DNA of 64,000 nt from Perkinsus chesapeaki ATCC PRA-425 (lineage: Eukaryota > Protista > Perkinsozoa). Positions 1 through 12,700 of this stretch are shown piece by piece. Within the stretch, counting starts at the first letter, position 1; every line of letters begins with the position of its first letter. The notes beneath the pieces were generated by a model. That model was not told where the DNA came from. It did not search any database and saw only the letters and a program-made list of their open reading frames with translations. A program made the translations under genes and the position numbers. The stretch spans positions 68,291 through 132,290 of the forward strand of contig JAAPAO010000021.1 of assembly GCA_013115145.1 (NCBI GenBank), given 5' to 3'.

Positions 1-32
1 GGGAGTCTTGGCGCAATCCACGGCTCAATAGC

Positions 33-1736
33 ATGGATATTCCACTCGGTCATTTTTGGCGACTACATCTCACATTTGTCATACGTGAACACAACGATGT
101 CCCCTTTCAGCATGCATGCTTTATACATGACATGAAGATGCTAAATAAATCCCTACTGTGCTTGCTGCCTTCGGTAGTCCTCTTCGCCGTGGCCCACGAG
201 CACACACTGTGCAATTCCAGCGATCCTGCAATTTTGGCTCTCCAAAATCTGGAGGTCTTGGTCTCACCTATGGCCGACCTGTGGCACTCGGTCAAGCCTT
301 TCTCAGTAGATCTGGCAGCCTATCATGACTGTCCAGTTGCTCCCTTTATCATTGAGATGATAGCCTTGCTGGCCCAGCTCTACAATAAGGGTGATCACAT
401 ACCAGCCATCCGTCAGCTCGCGGTGGCCTACCCCCGCTCGGTTGCGTTCATGGTCGCCTATCCTCCCTCGGTGGTCTGGCAAGATCAGGCGTGGCGTAAG
501 GTTGTCGTCGAGCTCTGGGCTGCTGTATCGGCCCGGTTACGCCCACACTTGGGCACCAGGCAGGATGTGGTATTTGAATGTGCTGTAGTTCATCGGCACC
601 GCGCCACTGCCACTGCGGTTGCTGACCATCACACTGGCGAGCTGCGCTTTCCGGTGCCGAAGCAGCTCGGCAGTTCACTCATCCCTCTTGGATATACATT
701 CCGTGATTTGACAATAAGCTCGCGGCACTGCCCTCCCGAGACGGCCACAGCCATAGTGTCTGCTGCTCGAGGATGGCTACAGCTAGGTGGCCCCGGCGTA
801 GGTGTGGCTAAGTTCCTCGAAGTTGCCGAGGGATGGCTGGCTAGGGAGAATCCCTTCCGCCTGCTCAGCATGAGCAGCCCCTACTTTGAGTTCGTCCATG
901 CAGCCCTCGTTGCCGATCACCCTCAAGCTTCCCCTCTAGCAAGAATGTTGCAGCCGCGCCCTGGTACAGCAAAGCGGGGCCATGGTGCTGGTCAGAAGGT
1001 CATGGGCTTTGAATGCGGTGGAGTTGCAGAATCTCGCCGTATTCAAATTGAGTTCCTCGAGGCGATGGTGAGGAACGTCCCTCCGACTTGGTCTCAGACC
1101 GGTCGCGGCTGCGAGGTTGCCTCAGTGATTTCGAAATTGGCTAGCCTGCCGCCACAGGAGGTGCCACAGGTCGACAGGACCCACCTTTCTTCGTGGTATT
1201 TCCTGCAGAGTGTGAACTCGCAATGGTGGCGACCTTTGAAATCTGGCTGGGGTCTGCTGCTGTCTCATACCTTTGCCCAGCTCCACGGGGAATCCCTTCG
1301 GTTGGGTTTCAAGCCTCGACGATTACCGAAGCACTGCAAAGGAAGTCCGGCGATCAACAGGCTGCAGCAGTTATCCGCCGCTTCATTGGCCGGCGATCTG
1401 CTTGAAGATTACAATAGCTTGCCCGAGGCGATGAGTTTAGTGGCGAGCATTCATCCTGATTGCAGTGTGGCCATTGCGACCGCTCTCCAGCTTGCACTTA
1501 ACTGTTACGTTCATCGACTGTTGGAGTATGGCCGTCCGCTGAAGGCTGCAAATGCCACACATCCGCTGGCCGCCGAGGTTCTCACTGAGGACGCCAGTGG
1601 CGTTGTTGAAGTTATCTGGCAGACCATTGCCGGAGAGAAGCTCGCCGACATTCTGTCCAATGAACTGCCTTTGTTCGAGCTTATGCGGCTACAATGGAAG
1701 ATGCTCTTCAGTAGACCGCTTCCTACTATAGAGTAG
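33..1736 (+). CDS. Hypothetical protein, intronless ORF of 567 aa (true start may be a downstream Met)
   Basis: Long uninterrupted ORF; no family motif recognised. Confidence 0.55.
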   Translation: MDIPLGHFWRLHLTFVIREHNDVPFQHACFIHDMKMLNKSLLCLLPSVVLFAVAHEHTLCNSSDPAILALQNLEVLVSPMADLWHSVKPFSVDLAAYHDCPVAPFIIEMIALLAQLYNKGDHIPAIRQLAVAYPRSVAFMVAYPPSVVWQDQAWRKVVVELWAAVSARLRPHLGTRQDVVFECAVVHRHRATATAVADHHTGELRFPVPKQLGSSLIPLGYTFRDLTISSRHCPPETATAIVSAARGWLQLGGPGVGVAKFLEVAEGWLARENPFRLLSMSSPYFEFVHAALVADHPQASPLARMLQPRPGTAKRGHGAGQKVMGFECGGVAESRRIQIEFLEAMVRNVPPTWSQTGRGCEVASVISKLASLPPQEVPQVDRTHLSSWYFLQSVNSQWWRPLKSGWGLLLSHTFAQLHGESLRLGFKPRRLPKHCKGSPAINRLQQLSAASLAGDLLEDYNSLPEAMSLVASIHPDCSVAIATALQLALNCYVHRLLEYGRPLKAANATHPLAAEVLTEDASGVVEVIWQTIAGEKLADILSNELPLFELMRLQWKMLFSRPLPTIE

Positions 1737-1816
1737 AGGCATGTATAATTAGAGTCTGTTGTGTGAATTCCTTGTTGTGTTGTAGTTAAGTGAGCTCACA
1801 GCTATAATATCAGTCT

Positions 1817-4450
1817 ATGACTGCGCTCTTCGAGGAGCCCACAGTCCTAAAGCCCACATGCGATATCTCACGGTCAGAAGCAGCGACCTCTTGGCCCCCT
1901 AGCCCGGCTTCTGGCCATGACTGGCTCTCTGTCACTGAGGACAATCCTCTGGCCCCCGCAAGCTGGGACGCTCTGCATGGTCGAATCCAACGTCAACGAG
2001 GGGTCGTAAGAGGCCTCCCTGTCCAAGCTCTTGGGGGAGATGAGATTGATCGAATAACGAAGTCTGCCAAGTTTGCTGTACAAGGCGTGGTCTCGGACCT
2101 GTTTCCGCGTCGCAGTGCTGAGGACAAAAGTCTCACGTGCCGCTGTGGTCTACACGAGTGTTGTCTGTGTTGGGCGCCGAAAGCGGGTAACCTTGTTAAA
2201 GGCTTGAACAGTCTAAGACTACCGATGGAGGTCCGAGAAGAGCTGGATGCTCTGGTGGCCGAGGAGTTGTTGAAGTTTGACGGCGAATCTTTCGCAGGAG
2301 TTGTCAGCCTCACGAAAAGGGGACAACAATTGTGTCGGACTTTCCAACTTCTATATGATATCTTCAACACTGCTGATGAGGAAGCGTCCGCCGATGCAGC
2401 TCGGCTGAGGCGTCTCTTGCACACTCTTGCGCAACATGAGCATGGCAGAGGCGCTGTGCTGCGTGATCGGCTGCTGACGTTTGTGGATGCATATTGCCGT
2501 GAGCCTCGTAGAAGGTGGCAAGATGCAGTGAGAGAGCGTACGGTCGACCTTGGAAATGGAGAGTGGATTTTCATGCCACAGAGTTACTGTGACCAGAGTT
2601 ATTCGATTAGATGTCTTCTGCAAGGTGCTCATCAACTTCAATTAGGTCCCTCGGACCCGCTGTATGAATATGTATGCAGAGCCTCAGAGCCCATCGGTCG
2701 GCTACTGTCTCGTGTCGAGCGAGCCTTAGACCATCCATCAAGCGTCAGTCAGGTAAGGGCAAGTGATCGACGCGGTATGCCTCACCGTTGTGGGTCTGGC
2801 CCTCTGGGTCAGGTATCACAGCAACGCCCTTCTGCGGCATCATCGATTGCCATCAGCTCCAGCCAGCTGCCTAACATAGCGTACACATCCGAGTATACTA
2901 GTCACTATGAGAGGCATTGTGAAGAGGAGAAGGCCGCCATCGCTCAGCTGCTGTAATTTATCTACCGCTCTTTGCCTTGCAAGAGTTTATCTGGCTCAGA
3001 TTGAAAAAAGAAAAACAAGAGAAGTTCCAACGAGACTTGCAAGCCCAGGTCGCAGAGAAACGCGAGGCCGTCAGGAGGGCTGTCGCAGAGGAGCAGATGG
3101 CAGATCAAGGAGAACTACTCAGACGCACACAGGTCGGCGGGCGCGAGCCACTTCCGTCACATACATTTTCTTGTCAAGACCCGCAGCGAAGTCATCAGTG
3201 AGGAGAAGAAGCGACTTCTGGACATCGCCTTACAAAGTGAAAGAGCAGGGAGAGCCATTGAAGAGATGCACCAGTGGAGGCTTCAACGGTCGAGATTCGA
3301 TCGAAGTCTGTATTTTTCTATATTCATCGATCTGCAGGATGTGCAACCCCAAGAGCTTGTACAAGGCACTCTACCACGACGACATGGAGGTCCAAATTGA
3401 ACAGCTCAATCGTCGAGCCCATCGCCAATTCGTCCAAGTACCATTGGCACATCGAACTGGGGAGGTTTCCTACACCTTTTGTAAGGTTGGCTTTGGTGCC
3501 CCTGTTGATCCACTTGTTGCCCGAGCGAAGATCGTGCAACGAGAATTTTTCTTCCCACCGGAGTTGCGGAAGAATCTTAAAGGGAAGCAAGGTCGGGTGT
3601 GCTGAGCAGCAGTTACTCTGGTTTAAACGACACAGTGTTCTCAGATGCTGAGGATACGACCGTTGAAAGGGATCGATCCAAAGCATTCATAAGAGTTTGG
3701 GGACCGGGGGGCAATCGCAAGCCTCTGCCAGACCATTCAGACGGAGAAGTGGCCGCTGTTGTACTTGGCACTATTTACGCTTCACTCGAGACGCCAGAAG
3801 CAGCCAATGATGGGGAGGACATTGCCAAGGTCCACAAGGCTGGGGATGGCGTGAAGGCTGCAATGGATTACTCGTGGCTCACGGCTGAGCCCGACGAGAA
3901 TCGATCGCCGGCCGTTTACGCTGATTTGCCATCGAAGCCACTGGATAAGCAGAAAGTGATGAGACGGAGTAAAAAGGTTGTGAAGGAGCTTATAGCGGGA
4001 ATGTATCCAGTGGAGCTGAACACCGGCTGCTGCTCTAGCCCACAGAAAGAGAAGCCATCAGAAGAGGTAATTCAAGATACCCAGTATACGCTGTCATAGA
4101 ACTGTCTCCGCAGAGTCATGATCGGCGGAGCTACTTCGTTGATCACTGGCCAGACAGAGGGAGCGACGCCCCGCCAGAAGAATCCACGAGTGGGGCTAAG
4201 CTCAGCGATGCCGCTAGCATTGGAACGATGAGTAGGCATACTACTAGGGGACAGGTAAATGAAGTGCGTAGCATACACACTGATGGTGTTTGGTTACAGC
4301 AGAGGCTTACCAAGCAAGAGGAAGAACGACGGAAGATATTGAAAAGATTCGATGAGGTTAATTCAAGATAACATGTTTCACAATCTACGAGTGTTGTGTC
4401 ACGAGTTACCCACTCCGAACTCAGAAAGGTGTTCAAATGGAAAACTTAGA
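1817..4450 (+). CDS. Multi-exon hypothetical protein with coiled-coil segments (3' end approximate)
   Basis: The 379-aa first ORF is followed by ORF pieces (2977, 2907/3274, 3599) separated by plausible GT..AG introns. Charged helical segments include EKQEKFQRDLQAQVAEKREAVRR and QRLTKQEEERRKILKRFDE. Confidence 0.5.
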
Positions 4451-5660
4451 CTTGACTGGTGCCACCATTGTCCCCCTCAATGGTAGAGTAAGAAATAGTG
4501 GGGGAATGGCGCCTTGCATACCACTTATGGATCACAACACCTAATCCCATACCCAGCATAAATATTGTAAGAATAATAACAATAGAGACCTCTGGCAAAG
4601 CTCCGAGGCCTTTTTGCTGTCCTGTAGCGGTGTCAGCCACCTGCGTGTAGACAGCCAACTGTGGATCTTTATGAGTGATAGAAGATACGTCAGAACCAAG
4701 GACAAGAGTGCGACTGCTGAACTTATAGTTGGCAGGAATCGATGCCATGTTCATGAAATCCGTGTTACGATATAGCAAGTCCAGCACCTTCTTGGGCTTA
4801 TTGGGGACCTTAATATCGGCGGAAAGAGTGAATGCCGTCTGAGTTGACTTCTGCGCAGGCAAGAAGTCGTCGAGAGCATTGCAAATGGTGCCTTTTCGAC
4901 ATACCCTCGGTTTGGCGATACTGTCTTCACACTTACACTCGAATTCAGTGCCTTTATACTCAGGCTCATCCGGGTGCATAATCCATATATCAGTATGACA
5001 GGTCTTCCCATTTGGATGAGGTCCTCGCACCATAAGCTCATTAGTGTTACACGCATCAAAAGAATCTTCAGGAAGTGAGCTACCGACACCTTGCAATCGA
5101 GCTCCTACGTAGAAATCGCCCCCGAGAGTCTCTCGTAGCAAACCAATCATGTTCTTGTGCTTGCCGGCGCCTTTGGCCTCGAACGCAGCATTGCATTTGT
5201 CTTGGTGCATACCGAGATCTCCATCAACATCCCATGGGATAACGCCTTGATGATGTCTATACCAACCAAGTAGAGAACCCGACATTAAATACGCATCAAC
5301 GCCAAGCTTCTCGAGGGCGGCAATAGTTTGGCCTTCTATCCACACTATACAGTCCAACACATCTTTCTGGTTGTCTTCTGCCAAGAACTCATCGTAATCT
5401 TCGCACTGTGATACATTAAGAAAGGCGTCTTTGCCATTCTTCCAGTCAGACATAGCACCCTCAGGGATGACCTCGGGAGGACAAACGAAGATATCATCGT
5501 TGCTGACGTCGGTGTAGTACTTCTCGGGTAGAACCTTTACTACGTCGGCCGCACTGACCAGGGACAAAAAAATTGAGAAGAGAAGAGTAACCCCTACTGT
5601 GGACGACAACATGCAAGAAAATGGAATCTGAGCAACAGGAAGGATCAAGAATGAGGGCAA
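4446..5660 (-). CDS. LicD/fukutin-family nucleotidyltransferase-fold phosphotransferase with N-terminal signal and C-terminal TM
   Basis: Motif YLMSGSLLGWYRHHQGVIPWDVDGDLG matches the LicD signature (GxLLGxxRHxGxIPWDxDxD). Hydrophobic N-terminus (VTLLFSIFLSLVSA) and C-terminal TM (VSIVIILTIFMLGMGLGVVI). Confidence 0.9.
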   Translation of the reverse strand: MPSFLILPVAQIPFSCMLSSTVGVTLLFSIFLSLVSAADVVKVLPEKYYTDVSNDDIFVCPPEVIPEGAMSDWKNGKDAFLNVSQCEDYDEFLAEDNQKDVLDCIVWIEGQTIAALEKLGVDAYLMSGSLLGWYRHHQGVIPWDVDGDLGMHQDKCNAAFEAKGAGKHKNMIGLLRETLGGDFYVGARLQGVGSSLPEDSFDACNTNELMVRGPHPNGKTCHTDIWIMHPDEPEYKGTEFECKCEDSIAKPRVCRKGTICNALDDFLPAQKSTQTAFTLSADIKVPNKPKKVLDLLYRNTDFMNMASIPANYKFSSRTLVLGSDVSSITHKDPQLAVYTQVADTATGQQKGLGALPEVSIVIILTIFMLGMGLGVVIHKWYARRHSPTISYSTIEGDNGGTSQV

Positions 5661-7222
5661 GGAATATCACAAAAAGACCTTTACATGGATTCTGTTTAAC
5701 TCAAGTGGTGTTTGCGGCATCTTGAGTGGAGATAGATCATTCTACACCTTGGCGGGAAGACAAGACAGAATCCCTCTACCAGGAATACCGCAGAGTCACT
5801 TCCAGGACGATGTTCTATGGTTTCTATGTAGCACAGATTATAAAATGTAGGCTAGTATTGTGCGCGACGTCTTTGAAATACCGTCAGTAGGAGAATAGCA
5901 GCACCTCAACCTTGATTGCGTCGAGCAGGCTAGAGGTCCAGGGGTGAATATGATAATGACATCGCGCCAGAGTCGGGAGTCGAAACACAAACCTTGACGT
6001 CATGTAATTCCTGCACACTTACTTGTACAACTGACTCTTACTATGAGCCATAAGAACTACGGACTGAAGGGCGTTGAACGAACCATAATCGGATATTCAG
6101 TCGTCACCAGGGAGCCTGTGGTGCTCAAAGATGTTGAGCCGCACAGCACGTTTTCAGGTGGTTCAAGAAATGATCTCCGAAAGTCACAACAGGTTATAAA
6201 ACGGGGTTTTGGGTAACTCTCGCTCACATAGCTCGTAGGCTAGCTCGTACAAGGACCAGTTTTGCCAGAGTTTGTTAACAACTCCTTGTTCCTGTTTCCC
6301 GCGCGCCTCGAAATTATATGCGCAGGCGGAGGGTCATTATTTCCATTTCGAGTTGCACTCGCGCTGCTTGAGGATGCCCATTCCATAGGCGTCTTGAATT
6401 AATGAAATCACTTGACTATGATGCAACAGGAGGATAAATGGCATTTACTGTGGGCCTGTCCCAATGTTAGGACATGAGGGCCTTTAGGCTCGCCGATGGA
6501 CGGCGTCCTTGTCTATCTGCTCCTTACGAACACTGATGAGAGAGATCCTTTTCATTTCTATGGCCTACCATCCCGAGACGTTTATGTGGTGATGTGTAAG
6601 CTCCGCTGTGAGCAAGTCTAGATACCACCTTGTTGGCTTTCTAAACCCGCTAGGCTAGTTCTCGATATCACACCTTTCGTGTGGGTGCCATTATGCAATC
6701 CTGATGCGGGTTTGTGGGTTTCGCTGTATGAGCCATGTAAACTATATAGCTCCATAATTACTATCCCTGGCTCTCGATCTGGCGACATCTGCGATCAATG
6801 GCGGGCCTCTGCCGGGATGAAAAGGTTATCATTAATGGACTAAGCAATTGTTGCCATGGTAATAGTGTTGGGATATCCTTAGCCGACGTCCGATGCTGGC
6901 AATAGGATCACATAAAGTCGTAAATGCTCCGTTAACGGCGGTCCCGTTCGGGGTAGACTATTAGTGGGTTGATCCTAGACTATAATTCCTAGTAGTGTAA
7001 ATTTCCTGTGGGTAAAAATTAATTGTCGTTAAAAATATGGAATTCTAGAAATGCTAATTGTTGCGGAATGGGTCACACTGGGGGGGTCCTCGGCGGATAT
7101 GATGCTAGAAAGTCCTGTCTCGTGCGTTTCGCGTACGATTGATTCGAGTACCACTTTGGGGACGTGGAATCTATAGCATCGAATCCAATGCGTCTTCCTG
7201 AGGCTCAGTTCTTTTCGCCATA

Positions 7223-8056
7223 ATGCTGACCAACAAAGTGTTTCTTATCTATCTCGCCGCACTGGAAGGATTGTTCGCCGTGCGAGTTTCTAAGAGCAGG
7301 AAAAGGATCAATAGAGGAAATGACAGCAATGGCGGTCCTATCAATAAGCGCGCCAGACGCGATGATAAATGGTCTACTGGCAATAGTGATGATAGCGATA
7401 ATAATGTGGACATGATTTCTGATGACTCTAATGATTCCTTGACCGGGGCGGCTTCATCTGGCAAGGTGAGCGTCTTGTTACAAGCGGCTTGTTAATATTT
7501 CGTTTCATGTGGGAATGTGGAAGCTGAAGCTGGTGCCTTAAAGGATATGGTGGATCCTCTTGTAGCGAGGAGGATATTGGCAATACGCCCTGAGAACGAT
7601 GAGGGATGCGAAGCAATCGCGAATAGTGTTAGGAACCTGTTAACGCCATCGAATGCTCATAACATCATAACCACTCAATTCGCGCAGCTCCTTTGTTCGA
7701 TTAACCGAGGAAGCATCTACGACAGCATCGAGATGTTCAATCCTGCGGGCTGGGACAATATAGAGTTTATATTATAGACGTCAGCATATAGCTTAAATGA
7801 TCATGATGTGCCCGTGATGATGATGTTGTTGTTTGAAGGGTGGCATAGTGGTGGTGGTGTTGTTAATGATGATACGATGGAGTATGTTTTGGATAGCAAC
7901 TGCCGGGGACTGTAAGACGGGTTAAGTGTTGTATATCGTTGGACAGGGAGAAATCCGCATGGAGGTATTTTGGACTCGATAACAAATCTCTTCTTCAAGT
8001 CAACCCAGGATGGAGGTTTTACCAAAGGAGCCGGCGGCTCCGAGCCGCTTCAGTGA
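7223..8056 (+). pseudogene. Putative secreted protein with NLS, paralog A (possibly disrupted)
   Basis: MLTNKVFLIYLAALEGLFA...RKR...KRARR; donor gtgag at about 7466; downstream frame DPLVARRILAIRPENDEGCEAIANSVRNLL is homologous to paralog B. In-frame TAG at 7775 and TAA at 7913. Confidence 0.5.
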
Positions 8057-8521
8057 ACTGTACAGCTTCAACCATGCAACCTACGCTCTAGAGGCGCCGC
8101 CTGCCGCCATCTCTTGTTAAAGTCCGGTCCGCGAATGATCCAGGATGGGAAAGGTACTGCGAAGAGACCTACCCATATTGGTTTCCCACTGATCGCACTG
8201 GTGATAACGGTTATGTTGGTAATGTTGTTGCCGATATGTGTTGCTAGTGGCGTTGTCGGATGCCTGACTTGAGTAATATTCTAAGGCTTGCACTAAACGT
8301 CCATTCTAAGCTGGCTTTGTTAATAAATTATGGATGGCTTCAATGTTCTATGAATGGTCCGAGTAGGGTAGAATTTCATCGCCAGAGATCATATGGGACT
8401 CCATGAATGCTGATAGTCGCCTTCGGAATTGGTCATAGTAGCTGCAAGCAGAAAGTCATGGAAAATCATTAGGGTCGCTGGATTCAGCCACTTGGGACCT
8501 AGCTTTTTCGCCTTGATCATA

Positions 8522-9648
8522 ATGCTCACTAACAAAGTGCTTCTCATCTGTCTCGTTGCACTGGAAGGACTGTTCGGCATGCATCTTTCAAGGAGCAGGA
8601 AAAGGCTGAATGGCTGGAGTGACGATAATAACGATCATACCAATAAGCGTGCCAAACGCGATGATACAAAAGAAGTTAATAATGCATTCACATCGAGGAG
8701 GGAAGTTAACGTGAATAATGTAGACATGATTTCCGATGACTCCAATGATGCATGGTCCGACGACAGTGATTCGTCCACCTCGGGTGCTGCTGGTGCTACT
8801 GTTGGAGGTGGTGGTGACGGCAATATACTTGTCATGTTTGCCTTTCTATGCAGCAACTCGGTGTAACTCTCAAAGCAGACGGACAATGCCTGCTCGAGCA
8901 GGATGAGTTCAAATGGGTGTATTACATCACCCCCCGCGGCTTCGTGGCTACCACTAGTCTAACTTGCCGCGATAAAGACCTATATTATTTCGCATTGTGA
9001 GTATGCTACTCTGCCGACAGCCGGTGTAGTTGGGTGTATTTTATTATTCTTCATTTCAGCAACAGGATCGACTACAGTACTGAAGCTGTGATGCGTGGTA
9101 GTACGATCGCTACGACTGGTTCCTTGGAAAGTACGAGGGACCCTCTTGTAGATCTGAGGATATCGGAGCCACCCCCTAAAAACGGTATGGAATGTCAGAA
9201 AGTCGCAGATGGTGTTAAGCAACACCTTATGTCGAGGGATGGCTCGGTTGATATTACCTATCTCGAGTTCGCACGTTAGCTCTGTTCAGTCTATCAAGGA
9301 AACATCTTTGCTAGGATAAGTCGCTCCGATCTCGTTGACCTGCCGAATTTGGATATTACTACAAAGCTTAATTGATGATGTTCTTCTATAGTTGTTGTCG
9401 TTGTTGTTGTTGTTAGCCTTGAAGGGTGATATTGTGTTGTTAATGAATACGTTACAATGGCCGCCGGACAGACCAGTCCGGAGGCAGTATTGCTGCCTCT
9501 CTTGGCCAGCACTTCTCTAGATGTTCTCCTTTTCGGTGGTGGAAGTATAGTAATATGTGTCGAATGTGAAGCAAATTATCCAACCGACAGGAGCTACCTT
9601 CGGTGGTGTCCTTGTATGAGACTCGTAGAAGCTCCTTGGCTGCAATAA
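8522..9648 (+). pseudogene. Putative secreted protein with NLS, paralog B (possibly disrupted)
   Basis: MLTNKVLLICLVALEGLFG...RKR...KRAKR; DPLVDLRISEPPPKNGMECQKVADGVKQHL; EFAR*LCSVYQGNIF aligns with QFAQLLCSINRGSIY of paralog A. Confidence 0.5.
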
Positions 9649-9726
9649 CTGCAGCTCCACGTATCACTTCCGCATTTAGAATGATCTACTCAGTCACTAC
9701 AAATCTATTATCCCTCCGACCCAACC

Positions 9727-12700
9727 ATGTCAGGATCTGTAGGCGACGGCAGTTCACGGGCATCCGAGCCCTTATCAAGTGAGCCTCCAGCAAGCCCACG
9801 GCCATCGTTGAGTGAGGTGGTGCCGTCGAGGTCGATGCCCTACAGAAGTAGTGAGAGTTGTATTACTTTTAACTCCAAAGAGTCTAGTAGGGTTGTCGAC
9901 GCTACATCGAATGGACAGGATGGAGGAGGATACCTTCGCCAGGAGATTGGACCATACTATAACTCGGCGGTGGGCAACATCAGCAGCCTACCGTGGCCTT
10001 GTCGGCTAACTAATGGTTGTAGGCTGAGCGCAGCATGTATTCCCACCAATGATGGCAATCTGAGTCCAAGGTCCATGGCACAGCTTTCCTTCAAGATACG
10101 CACTATGAATAGTACTCCCATGCTAGGATCGGGGTAGGACGACGGGAGGTGCCTTCACGGTTCATGCCAAACGTTACGAGTCTGTTTGTAGTGAGCGCCG
10201 TCTGGAGGCCTTATTTGGTCCCCCACCGGCACCGGTCAGTGTACATGGTAGTGATGCATTGTCCTTTGCGATATCACCGGCACCATCTGGAATTCTGATA
10301 AGCGGCCGGCCAGCTATAGGCCCTCCCTGTGTCCAAGATGAAGAGGATACTGTTAACAGACTCACCAAGAAGCACATCCCTCTGGTCGCCTTGGTAATCT
10401 ACACTACATTCAATTCTGTCATCGACCCTACTCAGTTGCTATTCCTATCCCTCGGAGTGGTAATATTCGTATCGCTGTGGGAGCCTCACCATCCGAGGTC
10501 GGATGTCCACCGTACCAAGCTGGAGAAGTACAATATGTTTATATCATCTCCAATGTCCTCGTACTTCCCTATCGACCTCTGTATCCATCGGACAGGTATG
10601 TTGTAAGCGAAGACCAGAACGTCACATTACCATTTGAAAGAGACGCCAGAGCTGTCGACATAAAGGTTGTGGCTAGCAAAGTAGAGTGAAGGCCATGTCA
10701 CACGGTAGCTGCTTTGGGCAGGATGGGCCGCCATCCAGCGAAGTTCATGAGGGAGAGGCACCCGAGCTTTCTGGAAGGTTGTTGAGATGGCAACTGTGGT
10801 ATGACCCGGCACTTAGAGACGTCATTGCGGATAGTCACAAGAGGCAGCTCGCTGGTAGTTCAGCGGCGATCTTGCCGTGTGCACCGTGCAGCTGGTTAGG
10901 TGCGGAGGCAGAGAAGATGCTTTACGATAATTCTCTGCAACTGCATACCAATTTCGAGGCTGAGCTCTTCGAGAATGTGGACCTAGTAACTGACCTGTTA
11001 GCCCTATGTGGGAATGCAAAGCTAGGTGCCAATATTCAATGAGGAAAGTATATCCACTGGCGATGGTCGAGTGCCTTTAAAGCTACTCATTTGGGTTGAT
11101 CGTGATGGACCTCCAATATCGTTCCTCTTCGAGCCGCTCTTACTTGGCAATGTCGCTCGATATAGGGTTGTTATCGCGGGTGAGTTTTGGAGCGGGGATG
11201 GTTTGTCGATAATATTGACGGTTCTCATATGCTTGGACGAAGCGTTCTGGAGTTGAACCTCTTGCGGATGTTTCCCTAGCCGTGGATGTCAGGCATTCTT
11301 TTCCTTGCCACCTTCATCCTTATTATCACCGAGAAGATCCACAGAGTGTAGGTGGGAGTCCCGAGTAGGCGCTAAGCTGCATGTGGCTAGATACGCCACT
11401 TTCATTGGTTCTATGTTGGGATTATTTTTAATAGCTTTATTACATGAAGTGCCAGAATTAATGGATATAATGGCAATGGTGGATTTTGGTACACTTATGT
11501 TGTTATTTAGTATGATGGTTAATGTAATCTATTAATAACAATAATAACAACAACTCAATACATAATTATTATAATGACTATAGGTACACCTGTTGGCCTT
11601 AACTGGATTCTTCCAATATATAGCAGCTCGTATGGTTATTCTTGCCAAGGGACGGATATCCTTACTCTTCTTTCTCCTCACCATTTCAACTGGTGTAATC
11701 ATTATCCGTGCGTCCACTTTACATATCCTTGCAATAAATAAAGAAACAAGATATCTGTCCTCTTTTCTGAGGAGTCCGTCTTGCTTCCTTGAATCCTAGT
11801 CTTGTCGGTCTTTTGCTCTGTATGTACATCCCTTGCATAGGTCCTTTCAGCCTTCCTAGATAACGTCACAACAGTTATGCTGGTGGGGCCTGTAACTATA
11901 TCCCTCTGCAAGGAGATAAAGAGAAGTCCAGTACCATTCTATCTTTCGGAGACGCTTCTCGGTGCGTCCGAGCTTTCATGGCTTCTCTTGCACACTTTCG
12001 CGTATTCTCGGACGCTCCATAGGGTACGCTTCAAGCTAAGATGTTCTGTTCCTCAGCTACCATCGGTGGTACAGCGACCTTGATTGGAGATCCTCCTAAC
12101 GTTGTCATTGGTTCCAAGCTTGGCATCTCCTTCACCGACTTCATCATGTGAGTATCCAGCACTATCACGGTTGGCCCTGCTCCATTTTGCCCCTAGCCAG
12201 TTACAACGGTCCTCTGGTTGTATTGCTCCTGCCGTCGGCGGCTGGGCTGCTCTACTTGCGGTTTAAATCTGAAGTCTCTGGCAAGGCGGTACTCGACGAA
12301 GAACGAATAAAGAAGGAGAATATCATTCACGATAAAGTATTTCTTCCTCAGCAATTCTTCGTGGTGCGATAGCGTATCTTTTAGGTCGCGTTTGCCCAGA
12401 TCGGATCTTTATTCATTGCCATTATCCTAGCACTATTCCTCTCACCAGTAGCCCGTCTTCTGCTTACTCCTATCCTTCCTGACTCTAAGGTACACGGCTA
12501 TGAAGCTGCATGGTTTACCCTCCTTGGAATGTATGTGGGATGTATCGTCCTATCACCTCATGACATTCATCGAGTTCTTGAAGCTGTCGAGTGGGACACC
12601 CTTATTTTCTTTGCTAGTCTCTTCGTTCTCGTAGAAGCAGTAAATGAGCTCGGTCTTATACGGTGAGCTTGGCCCGCTATGTACAGTAAGTGCTTCAATT

